A stretch of DNA of 64,000 nt from a virus. Its lineage: Duplodnaviria > Caudoviricetes. The notes beneath the pieces were generated by a model. It was not told where the DNA came from. It saw only the letters and a list, made by a program, of their open reading frames with translations, and did not search any database. This document shows, one piece after another, positions 37,411-48,001 of the stretch. The position numbers were made by a program, and so were the translations under genes. The stretch covers positions 1 through 64,000 of the IMG/VR virus record IMGVR_UViG_2515154169_000001, one strand, 5' to 3'. Position 1 is the first letter of the stretch, and each line of letters starts with the position of its first letter.

Positions 37411-40400
37411 ATGCCCGTCGAGCCCGTTCCCTGCCAGACCGGCGGTGGCGATACCCCGGTAGAGGTCACCACCTGCTGCGCGCCGTCGATCGCCTCGGCG
37501 GCGCTCTGTCGCGCTGACGGCTCGACGGTCCTCCTCGTCGTCCGGTCCGGCTGCGTCGAGTGCGGCGAGGCCGCCCCCGATCCTGAGGTCGCCGGCTGGA
37601 TCGACGCCGCCACCGGCGCGTTCACCGCCGGGCCCCCTCCTGCCGACGCGGGCCCGTGCGATGCCGGCTGTGTGGACACGGTGTGCCGCCAACTGTGCGA
37701 CGACACCGACGGCGACGGCCAGGCCGACGCCACGTACAGCGAGCTGTGGTGCATCCGTGCGGACGGTTCCGCCGAGCTCGTCCTGACGTACCAGGTCGAC
37801 CCGTCCGTGCCATACGTGCCGGTCGCGCCGGTGGAGTGCGCCTACGGGTGCCCCGAGTCGGAGACGGTGACGCTATGCGACGACTCCGGCCCGTTCCTGC
37901 GCCGGTACAGCTTCCTCAACGGGACAGCAACGTACGAGGACGTCGCCCTCGACGGGCAGACCCCGCACGTCGTCACCGGCACCGTCGGCGTCTGCGGGCC
38001 TGACACCTCCTCGGACTGCGTCACCGTCTGCCGCCAACTGTGCGACGACACCGACGGCGACGGCCAGCCCGACGCCACCTACAGCGAACTGTGGTGCGTC
38101 CACGCCGACGGCACCGCCGAGCTCGTCCTCACCTACCAGGACGACCCGTCCGTGCCGTACACGCCGGTCGCCCCGGTCGACTGCGAGTACGCCAACGAGA
38201 CGACCGAAGTCCTGACCCTGTGCGACGACACCGGGCCGTTCCTGCGCCGCTACTCCTGGCTCGGCGACACCGCCAGCTTCGAGGACGTCGAACTGGACGG
38301 CGTCACCCCGCACGTCGTCACCGGCACCGTCGGCGTCTGCGCCGCCCAGACCGAGTGCGAGGCGGCCACGACCCCGGCGGCGACGCTCGGCCTGTGCCTC
38401 GCGGACGGCACACCGATCGCCGTCCTCGTCACCCGCGACTGCACCGGCACGACGACGCAAGACGGATGGCTCAACCTCACCACCGGCGCCTACAGTGCGG
38501 GCAGCCCGCCGGCCGGGACCATGGCGTGCGGCAATCCCCGCAGCATCACCACGGCCGGAACGTTCTGCGACGTCGACCCCAGCACAGGGGACGTCCTCGG
38601 CCTGGTGCTCATCGAGTACACGTACGGCGCGGACGGCGCGGTCACCGCAGTGCGCCTGGTCGACGCCACCACCGGCCAGACCTACGTGCCCCAGGGCGAG
38701 GTGACGACCTGCCCGGCCGGCGTCGAGCAGCCCGAACGCGACCTCGTCCAGCTCTGCGACACCGCCGCCGACGGCACCGTCACCGAGTTCGTCCGGGACT
38801 ACGCCCGCGACGAGAACGGCGCCATCACCGGCCACACGGACTACCTCCTGGACGGTGCGCCCTACACCCCGGCCGGGACCGTGGGCCGCTGCGTCGACCA
38901 GTGCCAGGACTGCGAGACCGTCGTCCTGTGCGACGCCGACGCCAACGAACCGGCCACCGTCGCCGGGACCGCCTCGTCCGGGACGCTGCCCAACGGTGTC
39001 GCTTGGTCGGCAACCGGCCCGGCCCCGTTCGCGCCGAACCGGCAGAGCGACGGCGCGGCCTGGTGGGGCGTGGGTCTCTTCCCCAACCAGGTCGTACCCG
39101 TCACCACGTGGACGTTCAGCCGGCCCGTGACCGTGGACTTCAGCGTCGCCCTGGTCTACGTGGCCGGCACCACCGGCGGGGAGAACACGGTCCAGCTCCC
39201 GCCCGGCGCGATCCCGATCAGCCTCCCGCCCGGCTACACCTACGACCCGGCCACGCGCATCCTGCGCGGGGACGCCACCCTCACCGGCTGCACGATCAAC
39301 GCCCCCACCAGGGCGGCGAGCGCCCGCTTCCGTGTCATCGGGGTGTCCTCCTTCGCGCTGCAGTATCTCGGCCCGCGCGTCCTCGTCCCCGCCTGCCAGC
39401 GCTTCGGGAACTGGCAGTTCGGCGCCCTCGATGTTTCCCTCGGCGGGCAGTTCCTCCGCACCGTGTGCCGGGACTGCACCGGTGCCACCACGTCCGTCAC
39501 GGACACCCTCCTCGACGGCTCCACGCCGTACACGCCGGTCGGGCTCGTGGGCGTCTGCCCGCCCGGAGATGACGGCGAGGGCTGCACCAACGGCACCACG
39601 GTCCTGCTGTGCGACCAGCCTGCCGGGGGGAGCGGGCCGGTCACCGCGGCGATCACGGACGCCACGTCCGCCGACGTCGGGCAGACCCAGTTCACCAACC
39701 TGCCCGGCTCGTACACGTCGCTGTGGTCTGGTGGCTCGCTGGTCTACCCGGCCGGGACGGGTCCGAATCAGGAGCACGCGCAGGCCACGGGCCGGATCAC
39801 CGCCGTGGCGCCGGCCGGGTGCGAGACGTCCGGCGGCACCCTCACGGTGTCCGTCCGGGTCACGCAGAACGGCCCCGGCACCGGGCAGGCATGGGACGGC
39901 GCACTCCGGCTTTTCCGGGGGACGACGCTCCTGGACTTCGACGACGCCCTCACCTACGCGCCGCCCGGCTGGACGAAGACGCTCACCGTGTCCGCTCCGG
40001 TCACGGCCGCCGACCTCACCAGCGGCAACCTGTTCGTCGGTCTCCCCCTGGAGACCTTCCACGGCACCGCGAAGCACTGGACCGCCGACCAGTTCGAGGC
40101 GACGGTCCAGCTCACGGACTGCGCGAGCAGCGAGAGCGTCCAGTTCCTCCGCACGATCGTCACGGACTGCGAGACCGGCGCGGTCGTCGCCACCAGCGAC
40201 ACCACCCTGGACGGCGACCCGTACACCGTCACCGGCGACGTCGGCCAGTGCGCGGCGGCTGGCGGCGACGAGGAGGAGTGCTGCGAGAGCGGCAGCACGC
40301 TGACCCTGTGCGACGTCGCCGACGACGGCACGAGCACGCCGTTCCTGCGCCGCCTCACCTACACCCCCGGTATCGCCACGCCCACCGTTGCGGACTTCGC

Positions 40401-42342
40401 CCTCGACGGCATCACGCCGTACACGGTGGCGGGCACCGTTGGCGTCTGCGCCCCGGAGGCCGAGCCGTGCCGGAACTCCAACTCGCTCCTGCTGTGTGAC
40501 CTGCCCACGGACGGCGACCCTGCGCCGACCGTCACCGACACCCCCGGCGGGCCGTACTACCCGTACACAACGGGCGTGGCCATGCCCGGGGCTCAAACCC
40601 TGTGGGACGGCGGCACGCTCGTCTTCCCGGACGCGGCGGGTCCGCAGCCGGGCACGGGCGGGACCGTCCGCACCGCCGCGGCGGTCATCCAGGCTCCGCG
40701 GCCGGCCTGTGACACGGGCACCGCGCACGTGACGGTGCAGGTCGACGTCACCCAGCTCGGCCCCGACAACGGCTGCCGGAACAGTGGCTTCCTCGGCCTC
40801 TACAACGGCCCCGGCGACGCGAACCGGGTGGCCCTGGCGCTCGCCCCGCTCGACACCCCCGCCGGGTGGTCCGGAACGCTCACCGCCGAGGCCGACGTCC
40901 CCGCCGCCGATCTCGCCGCCGGGAACATCGCCGTCCTAGTCGCGTTCGACGCCTACGACGACAGCGGCGCCACCTGCCCGCCGCCGCGCCGCACCGCCTG
41001 GCAGCTCTCCGCGTTCACCGCCACCACGGCGTACGACCAGACCGGATGCGACACGCAGTTCCTGCGCACCGTCACCGTGGACTGCGAGACCGGGGCCGTG
41101 ACCGCCGTGGTGGACACCACCATGGACGGGCAGCCCTACACGCCCACAGGTCAGCCCGGCCAGTGCTCGGCCACCGGCGGCGCCTGCTGCCCCGAGCAGC
41201 CGTGCGGGGACACCGAGGTCGTCCAGCTCTGTGACCTGACCTACGACCCGCAGGCCCCCATCCCGACCCCGGCCGGAGACTTCACACTGACCGGGAACGT
41301 GGTGGCCGCCAACAACGGCACCACCCTCTGGTTCGCCCAGGCCAATCAGGTGGCCAACGGCGTCGCCGAGCTCCTCGTCTCCGGGCTGCTCCCGGCCACG
41401 CTGTACGAGTTCCGGTTCGCGTCCGCCTGGATCGGCGCGGGAGGCTCCGACCCGGTCGGCAACGCCGCGATCTACCGGCTGGACATCCTCGACGGCGCAA
41501 CGCTGCTCGCCACCAGGACCCGGAACGTCTCCAACGGGTCGAACGTGTTCCCCGGCGGTGTACTGACCGAAGACCTCCCGCCGCTGGCGTTCATCGCCCC
41601 CGCAACGGGCGCGGTCACAATCAGGTTCACCGACCAGACAACCGGCGGCGCGGTCAACGACCGCGACCTGTTCCTCATGCCGTTGGAGGTGCGGACGGCG
41701 GCGCTGACCGTCACCCGCACACCGTTCCTGCGGCGCTTCACCTACGACTGCGACGGCGCCCTCACCTCGACCCAGGACCTCGGGCTGGACGGCACCACGC
41801 CGTACGTTGTGGAGGGCGAGGCAAGCAACTGCGCTGGTGACAGCACGGCTGCCGGGTCGGTAACCCCGTGCGACGTGCAGAACGTCGTCCAGGCGTGCAG
41901 GTGCGACGACACGGACGGCGACGGCCTCGCCGACACCGATTACCTGGAGCTGCTGGGCGTCGACTGTGACGGCCAGCTCACCAGCCTCGGCACCTACCTG
42001 CCGGACCTCTCTGCCCCGTACACCCCGGTCGCCCCGGTCGACTGCGGGCAGGTCGACGAAGGCGCGGACCCGGCCGTCGGAGTCCAGGCGCACCGGATCG
42101 AGCTCAACGCCGAGGCCTCCTGGGACGCCGCTTCGGTCGCGGCCCTGCAATCCGTCACCGCCGTCGCGCACGGCGGCACCGGAACGATCACCACCGTGGA
42201 CGGGGCCAGCACCCTGCACACCGGCGAGGCGGCCACCTGGAGCGTCGCCCGCACCGAGGACGCCGCCCTGACCGGCCCGCTCACCATCACCGCCAATAGC
42301 GGCACCGTGACCGTGACCTGGACGCAGGGGGTGACCCTGTAG
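37411..42342 (+). CDS. Large Cys/Thr/Asp-rich repeat protein (1643 aa), putative virion fibre
   Basis: Repeats LCD...FLR...LDG.TPY...GTVG.C, DTDGDG motifs and inserted beta-rich domains. Confidence 0.85.
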   Translation: MPVEPVPCQTGGGDTPVEVTTCCAPSIASAALCRADGSTVLLVVRSGCVECGEAAPDPEVAGWIDAATGAFTAGPPPADAGPCDAGCVDTVCRQLCDDTDGDGQADATYSELWCIRADGSAELVLTYQVDPSVPYVPVAPVECAYGCPESETVTLCDDSGPFLRRYSFLNGTATYEDVALDGQTPHVVTGTVGVCGPDTSSDCVTVCRQLCDDTDGDGQPDATYSELWCVHADGTAELVLTYQDDPSVPYTPVAPVDCEYANETTEVLTLCDDTGPFLRRYSWLGDTASFEDVELDGVTPHVVTGTVGVCAAQTECEAATTPAATLGLCLADGTPIAVLVTRDCTGTTTQDGWLNLTTGAYSAGSPPAGTMACGNPRSITTAGTFCDVDPSTGDVLGLVLIEYTYGADGAVTAVRLVDATTGQTYVPQGEVTTCPAGVEQPERDLVQLCDTAADGTVTEFVRDYARDENGAITGHTDYLLDGAPYTPAGTVGRCVDQCQDCETVVLCDADANEPATVAGTASSGTLPNGVAWSATGPAPFAPNRQSDGAAWWGVGLFPNQVVPVTTWTFSRPVTVDFSVALVYVAGTTGGENTVQLPPGAIPISLPPGYTYDPATRILRGDATLTGCTINAPTRAASARFRVIGVSSFALQYLGPRVLVPACQRFGNWQFGALDVSLGGQFLRTVCRDCTGATTSVTDTLLDGSTPYTPVGLVGVCPPGDDGEGCTNGTTVLLCDQPAGGSGPVTAAITDATSADVGQTQFTNLPGSYTSLWSGGSLVYPAGTGPNQEHAQATGRITAVAPAGCETSGGTLTVSVRVTQNGPGTGQAWDGALRLFRGTTLLDFDDALTYAPPGWTKTLTVSAPVTAADLTSGNLFVGLPLETFHGTAKHWTADQFEATVQLTDCASSESVQFLRTIVTDCETGAVVATSDTTLDGDPYTVTGDVGQCAAAGGDEEECCESGSTLTLCDVADDGTSTPFLRRLTYTPGIATPTVADFALDGITPYTVAGTVGVCAPEAEPCRNSNSLLLCDLPTDGDPAPTVTDTPGGPYYPYTTGVAMPGAQTLWDGGTLVFPDAAGPQPGTGGTVRTAAAVIQAPRPACDTGTAHVTVQVDVTQLGPDNGCRNSGFLGLYNGPGDANRVALALAPLDTPAGWSGTLTAEADVPAADLAAGNIAVLVAFDAYDDSGATCPPPRRTAWQLSAFTATTAYDQTGCDTQFLRTVTVDCETGAVTAVVDTTMDGQPYTPTGQPGQCSATGGACCPEQPCGDTEVVQLCDLTYDPQAPIPTPAGDFTLTGNVVAANNGTTLWFAQANQVANGVAELLVSGLLPATLYEFRFASAWIGAGGSDPVGNAAIYRLDILDGATLLATRTRNVSNGSNVFPGGVLTEDLPPLAFIAPATGAVTIRFTDQTTGGAVNDRDLFLMPLEVRTAALTVTRTPFLRRFTYDCDGALTSTQDLGLDGTTPYVVEGEASNCAGDSTAAGSVTPCDVQNVVQACRCDDTDGDGLADTDYLELLGVDCDGQLTSLGTYLPDLSAPYTPVAPVDCGQVDEGADPAVGVQAHRIELNAEASWDAASVAALQSVTAVAHGGTGTITTVDGASTLHTGEAATWSVARTEDAALTGPLTITANSGTVTVTWTQGVTL

Positions 42343-42350
42343 ACCGCCTG

Positions 42351-42383
42351 GGGCCCGCCGCACCGACCGGTTCGGCGGGCCCC
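42351..42383. terminator. Hairpin between convergent genes
   Basis: GGGCCCGCCG...CGGCGGGCCC. Confidence 0.6.
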
Positions 42384-42420
42384 AGTACGGAGTAATTGTC
42401 AATAGTTGTGGATCAACGGA

Positions 42421-42744
42421 TCAGAACGCTTCATGGGCCAGTGCTTCGAGCCCTTCGATGGAGGTCAGGGTGCCGTTGAGCACGCTGTCCAATGCCGGTG
42501 CAGTGACCAGCACGAGGGTCTGGAATGCTGCGTGCTCCGAAGCGTAGAGATCGTCTTCTTCGTCGTCTCCAGGGATAGCGTTGGGCTGGATCTCGATCTC
42601 AGTGCCCCCTGCCTCGGCCTTGAGGTATTCGCCGCGGAAGTAGCTGTCGTGCTCGGCGAAGGTCAGGTTGAGGAGTGGCGCGAGCAGCCCGGCCAGCTCC
42701 TTGACCGTGTGGGTCTTGGTCCCGTAGGTGTCGTAAATGGTCAT
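42421..42744 (-). CDS. Acidic 107-aa passenger protein inside the IS256
   Basis: ORF downstream of the transposase and inside the inverted repeats. Confidence 0.7.
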   Translation of the reverse strand: MTIYDTYGTKTHTVKELAGLLAPLLNLTFAEHDSYFRGEYLKAEAGGTEIEIQPNAIPGDDEEDDLYASEHAAFQTLVLVTAPALDSVLNGTLTSIEGLEALAHEAF

Positions 42745-42751
42745 CGCGGGG

Positions 42752-43999
42752 TCACCCTAGGCCGCGAGGCGATCGGGGCGTTCGACGAGGTGGCCGCGTT
42801 CGAAGCGGTCGCCGGCTCGGACGAGGGCGACCAGGTGAGGTGCGCCACCGTTGCTGGGCGGACTCGACGAGTTTGAAGACCATAGTCAGGGCAGCGGCCG
42901 CGCTGCCGGCCCCGCGGGTGACCTTGGTTCGCAGCCGGACGGTGGCGAGGGTCGACTCAATGGGATTCGTGGTCCGCAGGTGGATCCAGTGCTCGGCCGG
43001 AAAGTCGTAGAACGCCAGCAGCTCGTCCGAGTCGTCGGTGATCTTCTTGACGGCCTTGGGGAACTTCGCGCCGTATGCCTTCTCGAACGCAGTGATGGCC
43101 TTGAGCGCGTGGTCGCGGTCCTCGGCGTTGTAGATCTCCTGCAGGGCCTTCTTCGCGCTGGGCTGCGCGGACTTCGGCAGGGCGCTCGCGACATTGGCGG
43201 TCTTGTGAACCCAGCACCTCTGGTGCCGGGTGGCGGGGAACACCTCGCTGATCGCCTTCCCGAAGCCCAAGGCTCCGTCGCCGACCGCGAGGACGGGGGC
43301 GCGCATGCCGCGTCGCTGGGCGTCCCGCAGCAAGTCGGCCCAGGAGTCGGCCGATTCGCGGTAGCCGTCGGCCATGGCGATCAGTTCCTTGGTGCCGTCG
43401 GCGCGCACGCCCATCAATACCAGCACATATGACCTGGCCTCGCGCAGGCGGATGCGCAGGTGGATGCCGTCGGCCCAGACGTAGACGTAGTCGGCCCCTG
43501 GCAGGTCGCGCTCGCCGAACGCGGTGTGGTCGGCCTGCCACTGCTGGGTGAGCCGCGTGACGGTCGCCGGGGAGAGTCCGGCGGAGCTGCCCAGGAACTG
43601 CTCCAGGGCGGCCACGAAGTCGCCGGTGGACAGGCCGTGCAGGTAGAGCAGCGGCAGCACCTCGCTGATCTTCGGGGACTTGCGGCACCAGGGCGGCAGG
43701 ATCGCCGAGGAGAACCGCTTGCGCTCACCCGTCGCCTCGTCGACGCGCTTGTCGTTCACCCGCGGGGCCTTCACCTCGACCGTCCCGGCCGCGGTGGTGA
43801 CCTTCCGCGGCTGGTGGTGGCCGTTGCGGACCACCAGACGGCGCCCGCGCTCGTCGCGCTCGCCAGCCAACTCGGCTATATAGGCATCGACTTCGGCCTC
43901 CAATGCGGCGGCCAGCATCCGCCTTGCACCCTCACGGACGATGTCGTCGATCAGAGAGCGGGTCTCGGTCGTTCCATCGGCATTCACTACGCTCAGCAC
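42752..43999 (-). CDS. IS256 (Mutator) transposase, frameshifted near the C-terminus
   Basis: VRNG, YVWADG, AVGDGA, QRCWVH, RTTNPIES; the expected APHLVALVRAG tail is in another frame from ~42845. Confidence 0.9.
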   Translation of the reverse strand: MLSVVNADGTTETRSLIDDIVREGARRMLAAALEAEVDAYIAELAGERDERGRRLVVRNGHHQPRKVTTAAGTVEVKAPRVNDKRVDEATGERKRFSSAILPPWCRKSPKISEVLPLLYLHGLSTGDFVAALEQFLGSSAGLSPATVTRLTQQWQADHTAFGERDLPGADYVYVWADGIHLRIRLREARSYVLVLMGVRADGTKELIAMADGYRESADSWADLLRDAQRRGMRAPVLAVGDGALGFGKAISEVFPATRHQRCWVHKTANVASALPKSAQPSAKKALQEIYNAEDRDHALKAITAFEKAYGAKFPKAVKKITDDSDELLAFYDFPAEHWIHLRTTNPIESTLATVRLRTKVTRGAGSAAAALTMVFKLVESAQQRWRTSPGRPRPSRRPLRTRPPRRTPRSPRGLG

Positions 44000-44136
44000 G
44001 GGCGTGCGTTCCCGACCGACGGTGCAACGTCGGCCTACTCGATGACCAGAAGTCGATCACTCGGGAAGGTACGCCCTCCGCGTCCAACCCAAGGCCCGTC
44101 CACAGGTCATGAGCATTGCTCCCCAGTACGCGCGGG

Positions 44137-45258
44137 CTACCAGAGAGGTACTTGCTCCGCTCGCGGTCGCGGGATGGCGAGACGGTCGTCGACGAAGGCC
44201 AAGACAGCCGCGAGGGTGTGCCCTTGGAAGTACTCCCGGCCGACAATGGGAACTTCCCCAGCATCCCGCAAGACGGCAAGGAGATCGCGCTCCAGGTCCG
44301 GAGCCACAGTGTCGGGCAGCCCGGTGTGGAGGCGGATCACTTCCCGGTATCCCACGCGTGCGTGATTGGACAGGCGCGGCCGGGGATCACCCGATGTGAT
44401 GCCGAACTTCACAGCGTCCGCTGCTGGATTGCGCACGACATAGAACGCGTCCCAGGTTTTGCCCGCACACAGACGGCACGCGCCATGTCCTTGGAGAACA
44501 CCGTTCGGGCGTGGAGCGCATGCGTGACCGCTATCGCAGACCATGTCGACGGGCGTGACCGCGTTGACGTAGCGGCCGATGACGGTCCAGCCACGTTGGC
44601 CACTCAGTGTCCGGAAGCGCAGTTCGGCCTCATCCGAATTCAACCCGGCGCAGATGGAGCAGATGCCGCGACCGACAAGCACCTTGTTCGGAGTGGGCAT
44701 GCATGCGTGGCCTGCCGCACATGTCATTTCGATCGGCGTGCGGTTGTTGACGTACGTCCCGGCGATCGTCCAGCCGTGCCGGGCGGCGATCTGGCGGAAC
44801 CTGGCCTCAGTAGTTGCAGGGTCCCGGTCAGCGCAAATGCGGCAGATGCCCTGACCTGCCAGCACGCCGTTAGGGCGAGGACGGCACGGGTGCCCCTCGG
44901 TGCAAATCATGCTGATCGGCGTATGCCGCCCCCGGTAGTCCCCGGTGATGGTCCATCCGCGCTCCGCTGCGATTGCGCGAACGCGGGCCTCTGCGGCCTC
45001 TGGAGACCGCCCCGCGCAGACTCGACAGCCACTGCCCTGCATCACCTGGGAAGGTCGCGGGACCCACTGATGCCCTTTGTCGCAGCTCAGTGGAATGGGA
45101 GTCCGATTGTTCACGTATGGGGCGTGGACGGTCCAGCCCCTCCGCGTGACTACCTCGCGGAACTCCGCCTCGGCACGGATGGACTTCGCCTGCCGCTTGG
45201 GCGCGCGGGCAGGCGGTGCCGTAGTCTCGGGCACAGCCGGTCTCCTTGCTCTGATCAA
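44137..45258 (-). CDS. Zn-ribbon repeat protein with a C-terminal GIY-YIG/T5orf172-like domain (putative homing endonuclease)
   Basis: Four C..GH...P.....G...C..C repeats, then FYVV...VKFGITS...RL..H...E...EYF. Confidence 0.75.
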   Translation of the reverse strand: MIRARRPAVPETTAPPARAPKRQAKSIRAEAEFREVVTRRGWTVHAPYVNNRTPIPLSCDKGHQWVPRPSQVMQGSGCRVCAGRSPEAAEARVRAIAAERGWTITGDYRGRHTPISMICTEGHPCRPRPNGVLAGQGICRICADRDPATTEARFRQIAARHGWTIAGTYVNNRTPIEMTCAAGHACMPTPNKVLVGRGICSICAGLNSDEAELRFRTLSGQRGWTVIGRYVNAVTPVDMVCDSGHACAPRPNGVLQGHGACRLCAGKTWDAFYVVRNPAADAVKFGITSGDPRPRLSNHARVGYREVIRLHTGLPDTVAPDLERDLLAVLRDAGEVPIVGREYFQGHTLAAVLAFVDDRLAIPRPRAEQVPLW

Positions 45259-45351
45259 GGTTTTCGGTCAGAGGGCCGCCGGTGTTACCGCACCTGCGGC
45301 CTTCGTCGTGTTCAACGCAGTAGCGGACGGTGTGGTTCCCGTCTCGGACGG

Positions 45352-45388
45352 TAGCCTTATCGGTGATGCCGCTGGTTCTGGGCCGGGC
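45352..45388 (+). promoter_or_regulatory. Late promoter/leader motif
   Basis: TAGCCT-N10-GCCGCTGGTTCTGGGCCGGGC. Confidence 0.8.
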
Positions 45389-45420
45389 TCCTTGTCATCA
45401 GTGACCGAGGAGTTCTCCCT

Positions 45421-47757
45421 GTGAGTGGATGCTGCGGGCAGGGGCCCGTGATCGTCTCTGGAGCCGCCGCCACGCCCCGGCTGGACGCAGAGGCCACACT
45501 CCTCTGCGATGTACTGGCGGACGGCACGGCGGCTGGGGTCGCGCTGGTTGAGGCCCTGTACGACGCGACGAGCGGCGCCCGCGTGGGCACGCGCATCGTG
45601 GACCCGGTCACCGGCGCCACCTACACCCCCCAAGGCACCCTGGGCCCGTGCTCGCCGGACGGCTGCAACGCCACGACCTCCGTCCTGGTCCTGTGCGACG
45701 TAGCAGCGGATGGCACCGCCACCCAGTTCGTACGGGCCACCACGTACGACTGTGCGGGCGCGCTCCTCGCCACCCTTGACCGCGACCTGGCCGGCGCCGC
45801 CTACACAGTTACCGGCACTGTGGGCGTCTGCCCGACCTCCCCAGACTGCGAGTCGCCGACCACCCCTGTGACCTCGGTCGGCCTGTGCCTGGCGGACGGC
45901 ACGCCCATCGCCGTGACCGTGGTCCGCGACTGCGACGGAGTGGTCACCAGCGAAGGCTGGATCAACCTCGCCACCGGGGCGTGGTCGGCGGGCGCGGTCC
46001 CGGCCGGCACCGTCGCATGCGGGGAGTCCCGCTCGATTCAAGTGAGCGGAACCTTCTGCGACCTGGACACCAACGGCGACGTGGTGGGCCTGGTCCTGGT
46101 CGAGTACACCTACGGCGAGGACGGGGCGATCGCCTCCGTCCGCCTGGTCGACGCCGTCACCGGCGGCACCTACACCCCGACCGGCACTGTCACCGTCTGC
46201 CCGGCCGGCGTGGCACAGCCCGAGCGTGATCTCCTCCAGCTCTGCGACACCGCCACCGACGGCACCGTGACCGCGTTCGTGCGGGACTACGCCCGCGACG
46301 AGAACGGCGCCATCGTCGGTCACAGCGACTACGCCCTCGACGGCACGCCCTACACCCCGGCCGGGACTGTCGGCTCCTGCTCTCTGGAGCCGTGCCGCGA
46401 CTCCCAGACCGTCATGGTGTGCGACGTCCCGGCGGACTCCACGACGACGATCACGCCCACGATCACGGACGCCTCCGGCGCCGATGCCGGGCTCGGCCGG
46501 TTCCCGGACCTCCCCGGCCCGTATACGCCGCTGTGGACGGGCGGCTCGATGGTGTGGCCGGCCGACCCGGGCCCGGCCCCGGCGCAGATCCATCCGGTCG
46601 CCACCGGCCTGATCGCCGCCGACCTGGCGGGGTGTGATGGCGCGTCCGGCACCCTCAGCGTCTCTGTACGCGTCACGCAGGACGGGCCCGGCACCGGGCA
46701 GGCGTGGGACGGCGCGCTCCAGCTCATCAAGGGGACGACGGTCCTCGACTCGCAGGACGCGCTTCATGACGCGCCTGCGGGGTGGTCCGGCACCCTGAGC
46801 GTGAGCGCCCCCGTTACGGCCGCCGACGTCGCCGCCGGGGACCTCTACGTAGCCCTCATCCTGGAGACCTTCCACCTGTCCTCGAAGCAGTGGACGGCCG
46901 ACCAGTTCACCATGTCCCTGGAGCTGGAGGGCTGCGAGGCCACCACCTCGACGCAGTTCCTCCGGACGCTGGTGACGGACTGCGCGACCGGTGAGGTCGT
47001 CGCCACCACGGACACCACCATGGACGGGCAGCCCTACACCGTCACCGGCGAGGTCGCCCAGTGCACGGCCACCCCCGACAGCAGCACCCCGGACTGCCAG
47101 AGCTGCGCCCCGGTCGTCCTGTGCGACACGGACGACACCGGCGCCACCGTGCCGTTCCTGCGCACCGTCTGCCGGGACTGCAACGGCCTCGTCGTCAGCA
47201 GCACGGACACCGAGCTCGACGGGACCACCCCGTACGCCGTGGCCGGCACGGTCGCCAACTGCGCGGGCGGCTCGGCGGACACCTGCGCGAAGCAGATCAT
47301 CGAACGATGCGGCTGCTCGGATGAGGATGGAGACGGCATCGGTGACGTCATGTACACCGAGCTGTGGGCCATCGACCCGTGCGGCACCGACGCCCCCGTG
47401 CTCCTCGGCACCTACGAGGACGGCGACCCGGCCAAGCCTTACACGCCGACCGCCCCGGTGGAGTGCACCGTCGACGAGGACGCCGGACCGACGCCGCTGA
47501 GCACAGGCGTACGGGCCGTGACGGGCACCGCGGCGCAGGACCTCGTCGCGGGCTTCCCCGGCCTGCAGAGCATCTCCCTGACCGTCCTCGCGGGCGCGGT
47601 GAACGTGACCATGACGGATGGCAGCGCCGTGCCGATCCCGGCCGGAATCACGATGACGTGGTCCGTCGCCAAGGACGAGGACAGCGCCCTCGCGGCGGCC
47701 TCCTTCGCCGGCGCCTCGGCCGCCGCCTCCTACCTCCTGAACTACACCTTCCGCTGA
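45421..47757 (+). CDS. Cys-rich repeat protein (778 aa), paralog of 37411-42342
   Basis: Shares GLCLADGTPIAV, QPERDL.QLCDTA and GPGTGQAWDGAL blocks. Confidence 0.85.
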   Translation: MSGCCGQGPVIVSGAAATPRLDAEATLLCDVLADGTAAGVALVEALYDATSGARVGTRIVDPVTGATYTPQGTLGPCSPDGCNATTSVLVLCDVAADGTATQFVRATTYDCAGALLATLDRDLAGAAYTVTGTVGVCPTSPDCESPTTPVTSVGLCLADGTPIAVTVVRDCDGVVTSEGWINLATGAWSAGAVPAGTVACGESRSIQVSGTFCDLDTNGDVVGLVLVEYTYGEDGAIASVRLVDAVTGGTYTPTGTVTVCPAGVAQPERDLLQLCDTATDGTVTAFVRDYARDENGAIVGHSDYALDGTPYTPAGTVGSCSLEPCRDSQTVMVCDVPADSTTTITPTITDASGADAGLGRFPDLPGPYTPLWTGGSMVWPADPGPAPAQIHPVATGLIAADLAGCDGASGTLSVSVRVTQDGPGTGQAWDGALQLIKGTTVLDSQDALHDAPAGWSGTLSVSAPVTAADVAAGDLYVALILETFHLSSKQWTADQFTMSLELEGCEATTSTQFLRTLVTDCATGEVVATTDTTMDGQPYTVTGEVAQCTATPDSSTPDCQSCAPVVLCDTDDTGATVPFLRTVCRDCNGLVVSSTDTELDGTTPYAVAGTVANCAGGSADTCAKQIIERCGCSDEDGDGIGDVMYTELWAIDPCGTDAPVLLGTYEDGDPAKPYTPTAPVECTVDEDAGPTPLSTGVRAVTGTAAQDLVAGFPGLQSISLTVLAGAVNVTMTDGSAVPIPAGITMTWSVAKDEDSALAAASFAGASAAASYLLNYTFR

Positions 47758-47821
47758 CCGCCCCGGGGGCTGCCGCCCACGCCCCGGGCGGCGGCCCCTC
47801 CAGCCGTGAGGAGACACCCCG

Positions 47822-48001
47822 ATGAGCGACGAGACACCGAACCCCCGCTACTTCACCAAGGAGGGGGAGAGCGTCCAGGTGGTCTACAACCTGCGGGACG
47901 CTACCCCGTACTTCGATCTCGGATATGAGGAGGTGGACGAGGCCGCTTACCTGGCGAGCCTGCCCGCCCCTGCCAACGTCTCTACTGTGGAGGGTGACTG
48001 A
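47822..48001 (+). CDS. Small hypothetical protein (59 aa)
   Basis: RBS GAGGAG; MSDETPNPRYF...; TGATG coupling to the next gene. Confidence 0.6.
   Translation: MSDETPNPRYFTKEGESVQVVYNLRDATPYFDLGYEEVDEAAYLASLPAPANVSTVEGD

Larger units (their letters stand above)
42390..44121 (-). mobile_element. IS256 family element with a passenger gene
   Basis: Imperfect terminal inverted repeats (GAGTAATTGTCAATAGTTGTGGA / GAGCAATGCTCATGACCTGTGGA) and a 9-bp target duplication CCCAGTACG at 42381-42389 and 44122-44130. Confidence 0.92.

Noticed and set aside
37873-47817. Long antisense and alternate-frame ORFs (e.g. 37873-40728, 45268-47817)
   Set aside because: Typical high-GC shadow ORFs with Arg/Gly/Pro-rich, motif-free translations.
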